Source: Patescibacteria group bacterium (GTDB taxonomy: Bacteria > Patescibacteriota > Minisyncoccia > Phycocordibacterales > UBA9973). From it: 64,000 bases of DNA. The notes below the pieces were generated by a model, which saw only the letters and a program-made list of their open reading frames with translations, was not told the origin of the DNA and searched no databases. Location of the stretch: positions 10,972 to 74,971 of the forward strand of contig JBBTUY010000001.1 of assembly GCA_038063515.1 (NCBI GenBank), in the 5' to 3' direction. The position numbers were made by a program, and so were the translations under genes. Shown here in pieces: positions 58,767-64,000 of the stretch; position 1 is the stretch's first letter, and every line of letters begins with the position of its first letter.

Positions 58767-58810
58767 TGGTCACATCTTCACCCTTCTGTCGCTCGTGCGG
58801 TAGAAGGGTG
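58745..58810 (+). terminator. Two consecutive hairpins (GACCACTAC...GTAGTGGTC; CACCCTTCT...AGAAGGGTG) at the 3' end of the GC-rich gene
   Basis: Two perfect 9-bp inverted repeats read directly; the first spans the stop codon; weak U-tract. Confidence 0.4.
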
Positions 58811-58838
58811 TTAATATTAAAATATTAAATTAAAAAAT

Positions 58839-59465
58839 ATGCCAAAAATTATTCCAATCATTACTAGTGCGCCAATAAAGTATGCTTTTGACGGGCTCGA
58901 CACATATGATGCTTTTGACTTGGTTTCTCAGGGAATCAAAGAAGCACCTCTTTCAGAAAATGTGCTGGAAATTATAAAAAATCATAAATTCTCCTTTCCA
59001 CTTAAAGGAATAAAAATAATTTTTACTGCTGAAAAAGGTCAGACCGTAGAGACGGCAAAACTTTTTATAGACTCTGGAATCACTCCAAATGCAAAAATTG
59101 TTCGTACTTATCTTCTGAATGGTATTAATTTTTCTATGAGAAATTTAATATCAAAGGAGAAGTTTGTCAGTATGCCTCAGGGTCAGGCTCTTTCCTTGGC
59201 ACGCGAAGCTTTTGTCATAGAATTATATAAAAATAATTTAGAAGAATCTTTAGGGAGTATTATTTCACAAATGAATAGTTTACTTTCTTTACTAAAAGAT
59301 CAAAAAGGCTCAGTGCTTTGTATTTCCCACTCTTTTTATATTAAACTTTTTGAAATATATATAAAAGATAGATCCAGGTTTTTAGACGTAGAAATATTAA
59401 TAGATTCATTCAATCCAGAACATAAGCCCTATGAACCACTTTCGGGTTTTATTTTAGAGATTTAA
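58839..59465 (+). CDS. Hypothetical protein, weak histidine-phosphatase-like similarity
   Basis: LCISHSFYIKLFE loosely resembles the second conserved His region of the phosphoglycerate-mutase superfamily. Confidence 0.3.
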   Translation: MPKIIPIITSAPIKYAFDGLDTYDAFDLVSQGIKEAPLSENVLEIIKNHKFSFPLKGIKIIFTAEKGQTVETAKLFIDSGITPNAKIVRTYLLNGINFSMRNLISKEKFVSMPQGQALSLAREAFVIELYKNNLEESLGSIISQMNSLLSLLKDQKGSVLCISHSFYIKLFEIYIKDRSRFLDVEILIDSFNPEHKPYEPLSGFILEI

Positions 59466-59508
59466 TATATAAATAATAATTATATTTTTATGCTAAACTG
59501 TTTTAATA

Positions 59509-61146
59509 ATGACACAAGCGGAAGCTTTGAATATTTTAAAAACAGGGGCAAATGTTTTCTTGACTGGTGAACCCGGAGCAGGGAAAACGCATACGGTTAA
59601 TTCTTATATTTCATATTTACGTGACTCTAATATTGAGCCAGCTGTTACTGCTTCTACTGGTATCGCAGCGACACACATTAATGGTATGACTATACATTCA
59701 TGGAGTGGTATTGGTATACGACCAAGATTAGACAAATATGATTTAGATAAAATAGCGAGTAGTGAATATATTGCAAAGCGTATTCATAAGACTCGAGTGC
59801 TTATCATAGATGAGATTTCTATGTTGTCGGCTGATACTCTTGATATGGTGGACATGGTTTGCCGAGAAGTAAAACAAAACACTGAGCCATTTGGGGGAAT
59901 ACAGATCGTCTTAGTCGGTGATTTTTTTCAATTACCACCAATTATAAAAAGAGATTTTTACCATGAAGAAAAAACGAGAAAACAAAATTCTTTTTTAGAA
60001 GAAGAATCAAATTCACAAATTCCAAAAGTTTTCGCTTACGATTCGACTGCATGGGGGCGTACTGATCCTGTTATTTGCTACTTGACTGAGCAACATCGTC
60101 AGGATGATGAGTCTTTTCTTAAAATACTCGCAGCTATTCGCAGTGATGAAGTTTCTGAAGAAGATTTTGAAAAAATAATTACTCGAAAAATAAATAGGGA
60201 TAGTATGCCGTTAAATATTACAAAACTTTTTTCACACAATGTTGATGTGGACAAGGTAAACAATATTGAACTTTTAAAACTAGATAAAGATGTAAAATCA
60301 TTTGTAATGTCTACCGCTGGCAACGACAAGCTGGTGGATACTTTGAAAAAGGGTTGCTTGTCTCCAGAGAATTTGGAATTAAAAGTCGGCGCAGTTGTTA
60401 TGTGTACAAAAAATAATCCAAAAGAGAGATTTGCAAATGGAACTCTCGGCACTGTCACTTCTTTTGAAGAGTTTACGGGATATCCCATTATTAAAACTAA
60501 AAATGGTAGAAGTATTGTGATTTCACCCATGGATTGGGCTGTTGAAGAAAATGGAAAGATTCGTGCACAGATAACTCAGTTTCCACTTCGCCTCGCTTGG
60601 GCTATCACGGTGCACAAAAGTCAGGGGATGAGCATGGACGCTGCTATTATGGATTTGTCTCAAGTGTTTGAATTTGGGCAAGGGTATGTGGCTTTGTCTC
60701 GTGTGCGTAAGCTCTCTGGAATTTATTTACTCGGTATAAATGAGCGTGCTTTTAAAGTGCATCCAGAAATTCTAGAGAAGGACATATTTTTTAAAGATAG
60801 ATCACGGCAAGCAGTGGAAGTCTTCGGTAATCTTTCAGAAAATGAGATCAAGAAAATGCATGATGATTTTATCATCTCTTCTGGGGGTAAAATAAAGAAA
60901 CCTTTTCGTAGTGGCGGAGAGAAAAAAGAAGGAAAGTCTGTATCTCTAATTAAATCCTCAACAAAATCTTTTGAAGAAATACCAGAAAAATATCCAAATG
61001 CATATAGACCATGGAATGAAAATCAGGATGCAAAGTTAACAGAGTTATATACTTCCGGTTCCTCTATACCGGAATTAGTAGAGACATTTGGGAGGAAAAG
61101 AGGTGCTATTACTTCTAGGCTTGTGAAGCTTGGGTTGAGGGAATAA
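59509..61146 (+). CDS. PIF1/RecD-like superfamily-1 helicase with C-terminal HTH
   Basis: Walker A LTGEPGAGKTHT, Walker B LIIDEISML, QIVLVGDFFQLPP and C-terminal SF1 motifs. Confidence 0.7.
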   Translation: MTQAEALNILKTGANVFLTGEPGAGKTHTVNSYISYLRDSNIEPAVTASTGIAATHINGMTIHSWSGIGIRPRLDKYDLDKIASSEYIAKRIHKTRVLIIDEISMLSADTLDMVDMVCREVKQNTEPFGGIQIVLVGDFFQLPPIIKRDFYHEEKTRKQNSFLEEESNSQIPKVFAYDSTAWGRTDPVICYLTEQHRQDDESFLKILAAIRSDEVSEEDFEKIITRKINRDSMPLNITKLFSHNVDVDKVNNIELLKLDKDVKSFVMSTAGNDKLVDTLKKGCLSPENLELKVGAVVMCTKNNPKERFANGTLGTVTSFEEFTGYPIIKTKNGRSIVISPMDWAVEENGKIRAQITQFPLRLAWAITVHKSQGMSMDAAIMDLSQVFEFGQGYVALSRVRKLSGIYLLGINERAFKVHPEILEKDIFFKDRSRQAVEVFGNLSENEIKKMHDDFIISSGGKIKKPFRSGGEKKEGKSVSLIKSSTKSFEEIPEKYPNAYRPWNENQDAKLTELYTSGSSIPELVETFGRKRGAITSRLVKLGLRE

Positions 61147-61156
61147 TTATGTTAAA

Positions 61157-62518
61157 ATGCAATTACTTATGAAAAATAGAGTATATATTAAAGATTTAAA
61201 AGATCATGTGGGTAAGGAGGTAATGATTGCTGGATGGGTAGACGTGCGCAGAGATCAAGGAAAAATGATATTTTTTGATATGCGTGATATGACAGGCAAA
61301 GTGCAGTGTGTCGTACTTCCAAATCATCCAGAAGCCATAGAGAAATGCAAAGACATAAGACTCGAATGGGTGGTGAAGCTTACTGGAATGGTAAACAAGC
61401 GTCCAGAGAGAAATGTAAAAGCTGGAGTTATGAATGGTGATGTAGAGCTCGAAGTTTTAGATGTGGAAGTTCTGTCCCAGGCTGCGCCACTACCTTTTGA
61501 CATGTCTCTCGATGGTTACAATCTTGACCTTACGACAGAGCTTGATAACAGATCTTTGGTGTTAAGACAGCCAAAGGTTCAAGCAGTATTTAAAATACAA
61601 GAAACAGTCATAGACTCGTTCCGAGAATTTATGAAGAAAAATATGTTTTTCGAATTTCAAGCACCAGCCATAACTCCTGCGACAGCAGAAGGTGGAGCCG
61701 AAGTTTTTCAAGTTGATTATTTTGATAAAAAAGCATATTTAACTCAGTCACCTCAGCTCTACAAGCAAATAGTCATGTCTGCATTTGAGAGATGTTTTTC
61801 TGTGAATAAAGTTTTTCGTGCAGAGCCTTCGTCTACAACTCGACACCTCACAGAGATCGTATCTCTAGATGCTGAGATGGCATTTATTGATTCTTGGACT
61901 GACGTGCGTGACATGGCCGAAGAGACAGTGAGATTTATTTTGCAACAAGTACAAGAAAGAAATGGAGAACATTTAAAAACACTCGGAGCAACATTGCCTA
62001 CGATGATAGACAAAACTCCAACTATGTCTCTTAGAGAAGTGCAAGAAAAGATCTTTGCTAAAAATGGACGAGATGTGCGAGGAGAGAAAGATACAAACCC
62101 TCAAGATGAAAGAGAGATATGCGAAATAATAAAAGAAGAGACTGGTTCTGACTTTGTATTTATATACGGCTATCCAACACGTAAGAAGCCTTTTTATGTA
62201 TATCCAAATCCAGATGAACCAGAATACAACGAAGGTATGGACTTAATATGTCGCGGTGTCGAATGGCTCTCAGGAGGCAGAAGAATAAATGAATACGAGC
62301 AACTGATGAAGCATGTTGAGATTTGGAAAATGGATCCAAGTAAAATAAAAATGTTCTTACAAGCATTTAAATACGGAGTACCACCAGAAGGTGGCTTTGC
62401 TCTTGGTGCTGAGCGCATCACCATGCAACTTCTTGAATTAAAAAATGTACGTGAAGCTTGTATGTTTCCTCGTGATATGAACAGAATAGATGAGAAGTTA
62501 AACTTTGATGGATTCTAA
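61157..62518 (+). CDS. aspS: Class IIb aminoacyl-tRNA synthetase, most likely archaeal-type aspartate--tRNA ligase (AsnRS not excluded)
   Basis: N-terminal OB fold (VMIAGWV...GKMIFFDMRD), motif 2 FRAEPSSTTRHLTE, motif 3 GGFALGAERI. Confidence 0.6.
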   Translation: MQLLMKNRVYIKDLKDHVGKEVMIAGWVDVRRDQGKMIFFDMRDMTGKVQCVVLPNHPEAIEKCKDIRLEWVVKLTGMVNKRPERNVKAGVMNGDVELEVLDVEVLSQAAPLPFDMSLDGYNLDLTTELDNRSLVLRQPKVQAVFKIQETVIDSFREFMKKNMFFEFQAPAITPATAEGGAEVFQVDYFDKKAYLTQSPQLYKQIVMSAFERCFSVNKVFRAEPSSTTRHLTEIVSLDAEMAFIDSWTDVRDMAEETVRFILQQVQERNGEHLKTLGATLPTMIDKTPTMSLREVQEKIFAKNGRDVRGEKDTNPQDEREICEIIKEETGSDFVFIYGYPTRKKPFYVYPNPDEPEYNEGMDLICRGVEWLSGGRRINEYEQLMKHVEIWKMDPSKIKMFLQAFKYGVPPEGGFALGAERITMQLLELKNVREACMFPRDMNRIDEKLNFDGF

Positions 62519-62876
62519 AAAAAAATACAGGATTTCGGGACTTGTCGTGCACGGTGATGGATATGGGAGGAAAATTGGATTTCCTACAGTGAATTTAGAT
62601 ATAGATACGGAGGCAACGCCTCCGTATGGAATAAGGGAAGGGGTTTATTCTGGTCTAGCTTTATTAGATAAAAAAACTTATAGAGCAGGGATTGTAGTCA
62701 GTAATGTTGTTGATAAAAATATACCAAAGATAGAGGCGCATTTGATAGATTATACCGGAGACGCTTATGGTAAAAATGTAGTACTAGAAATACAAAAGTT
62801 TATCCGCGAGTATAAAAACTTTGAAACAGAAGAAGAATTAATTAATCAAATTAAAGAAGATTTAAACCAATGCTAA
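62505..62876 (+). CDS. Stand-alone riboflavin kinase domain (RibF C-terminal-like)
   Basis: GRKIGFPTVNL...GVY...AHLIDYTGDAYG pattern of flavokinase; 14-nt overlap with the aaRS gene. Confidence 0.55.
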   Translation: MMDSKKKYRISGLVVHGDGYGRKIGFPTVNLDIDTEATPPYGIREGVYSGLALLDKKTYRAGIVVSNVVDKNIPKIEAHLIDYTGDAYGKNVVLEIQKFIREYKNFETEEELINQIKEDLNQC

Positions 62877-63790
62877 ATACAGCGTTAAAAAATTACACAG
62901 GTCCTATCTTTATAATAATGGCCGCATCTCTCTGGGCCTTTGACGGTCTCATCAGACAGTACCTTTATACATTGCCACCGATAACTATAATTTTCTTTGA
63001 GCATTTAATAGGATTTATTATTTTATTTCCTTTTGTTTTTAAGTATGTTTTAAAAGCTGAGCTTACAAAAAGGGAATGGTGGCTCCTCGTACTCATATCC
63101 ATATTGAGTGGACTCTTAGGTACATTATGGTTCACTACAGCTTTAGGTAAAGTCCACTACATTTCAATATCAGTGGTATTTTTATTACAGAAACTTCAGC
63201 CGATATTTGCTATATCTACTGCCCACATTTTTCTTAAAGAAAAGTTAGATACAAGATATATCAAATGGGCTGTGCTTGCACTTCTGTCTGCATTTTTTGT
63301 GACATTCCCAAATGGGTATGTTAATTTGTCGACAGGTGATGGAACATTTATAGCAGCTCTTTATGCACTCGGTGCGTCTTTTGCGTGGGGATCTTCTACT
63401 ACGTTTTCTAAAATGCTTTTAGGGAGAGTAGACTTTAAGGTAAGTGTTTTTTACAGATTTCTCTTTACTTTAATTCTGTCTATTCCTTTTGTTTTTTTGT
63501 TTGGGAAGACAAGTGCAGGGGGTTTAGCAGTTCCAAATCTGTCGCAGTTTTGGTACCTCTTGATCATCGCTCTGTCTACAGGCATGATCGCTCTTCTCAT
63601 ATATTATAGAGGTCTTGCAAAGACGCCTGTCCACATATCCACCATCTTAGAATTAACTTTTCCATTTATTGCCATACTCCTTGATTTCATGATAAATGGC
63701 ACAGTCTTATCATTTACTCAATGGATCGCATCTCTTGTACTTGTATTTAGTATTTATCAAATTTCTAAACTAAGAGAAAAGATTATATAA
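62870..63790 (+). CDS. EamA/DMT-superfamily permease
   Basis: Ten TM helices in two 5-TM EamA-like halves. Confidence 0.55.
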   Translation: MLNTALKNYTGPIFIIMAASLWAFDGLIRQYLYTLPPITIIFFEHLIGFIILFPFVFKYVLKAELTKREWWLLVLISILSGLLGTLWFTTALGKVHYISISVVFLLQKLQPIFAISTAHIFLKEKLDTRYIKWAVLALLSAFFVTFPNGYVNLSTGDGTFIAALYALGASFAWGSSTTFSKMLLGRVDFKVSVFYRFLFTLILSIPFVFLFGKTSAGGLAVPNLSQFWYLLIIALSTGMIALLIYYRGLAKTPVHISTILELTFPFIAILLDFMINGTVLSFTQWIASLVLVFSIYQISKLREKII

Positions 63791-63797
63791 TCATAAT

Positions 63798-64000
63798 ATG
63801 AATAATTTAGCAAAAAAGAAATGCGGTCCATGTGACAAAAAGGGAATGAAGCCTTTAAGTAGAGAAGATGCACAAGATTACGTGGACGAGTCATACGGAT
63901 GGACTTTAAGTGAAGATGCGAAAAAGATTTCAAAAGAATTTAAATTCAAGGATTTTATAGGTGCCATAAACTTCGTCGAACGAGTGGCTGACGTAGCAGA
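63798..64000 (+). CDS. Pterin-4a-carbinolamine dehydratase (PCD/DCoH-like), 3' end outside the window
   Basis: CGPCDKKGMKPLSREDAQ...W.L...KKISKEFKFKDFIGAINFVERVADVAE matches the DCoH N-terminal pattern. Confidence 0.55.
   Translation, partial: MNNLAKKKCGPCDKKGMKPLSREDAQDYVDESYGWTLSEDAKKISKEFKFKDFIGAINFVERVADVA

Noticed and set aside
1-64000. CRISPR arrays or cas genes
   Set aside because: No regularly spaced direct repeats of 25-40 bp with unique spacers were seen. The only periodic repeats are the tRNA-Lys-derived fragments (about 77-bp period, degenerate), which lack CRISPR characteristics.

Overview
Low-GC (about 30-35%) bacterial chromosomal window, densely packed with small overlapping genes. 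Its features (a 509-aa IF-2 without the N-terminal extension, an AlaRS truncated before the C-Ala domain, tandem VirB2/TrbC-like pilin arrays, a LAGLIDADG endonuclease) point to a Candidate Phyla Radiation / Patescibacteria-like genome; this is an inference, not a database result. The backbone is housekeeping: murC (3' part), rpsA, gyrA, infB-rbfA, clpB, typA, mltG, mnmA, alaS, infA-rpmJ-rpsM-rpsK-rpsD-rpoA-rplQ, rplM-rpsI, grpE/dnaK/dnaJ, cysS, rplU, recR, dnaB, trpS, aspS-like, plus six tRNAs. Accessory or unusual content is interleaved: (i) a complete IS200/RAYT-type HUH transposase element with perfect hairpin termini (7231-7910); (ii) a 2.7-kb tandem array of six genes carrying seven T4SS (VirB2/TrbC-like) pilin modules (9801-12516); (iii) an island at 14062-17086 with a NYN-domain gene, a secreted Ig-like protein, a minus-strand tRNA cluster containing three progressively decayed tRNA-Lys 5' fragments at about 77-bp periodicity, and a free-standing double-motif LAGLIDADG homing endonuclease abutting tRNA-Cys; (iv) a heat-shock locus in which a Cys-rich multi-zinc-ribbon protein and a divergent wHTH regulator sit between grpE and dnaK, and two paralogous soluble VirD4/TraG-like P-loop ATPases sit between dnaK and dnaJ; (v) two GC-rich (about 50-58%) islands, one palindrome-dense inside a small membrane-protein gene at 12576-12900 and one a strongly SD-driven gene at 57990-58766; (vi) two leaderless promoter-start arrangements (grpE and an MBL-fold hydrolase) and a consensus sigma70 promoter with a palindromic operator and about a 230-nt structured leader upstream of an SPFH operon. 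No CRISPR array and no rRNA were seen.
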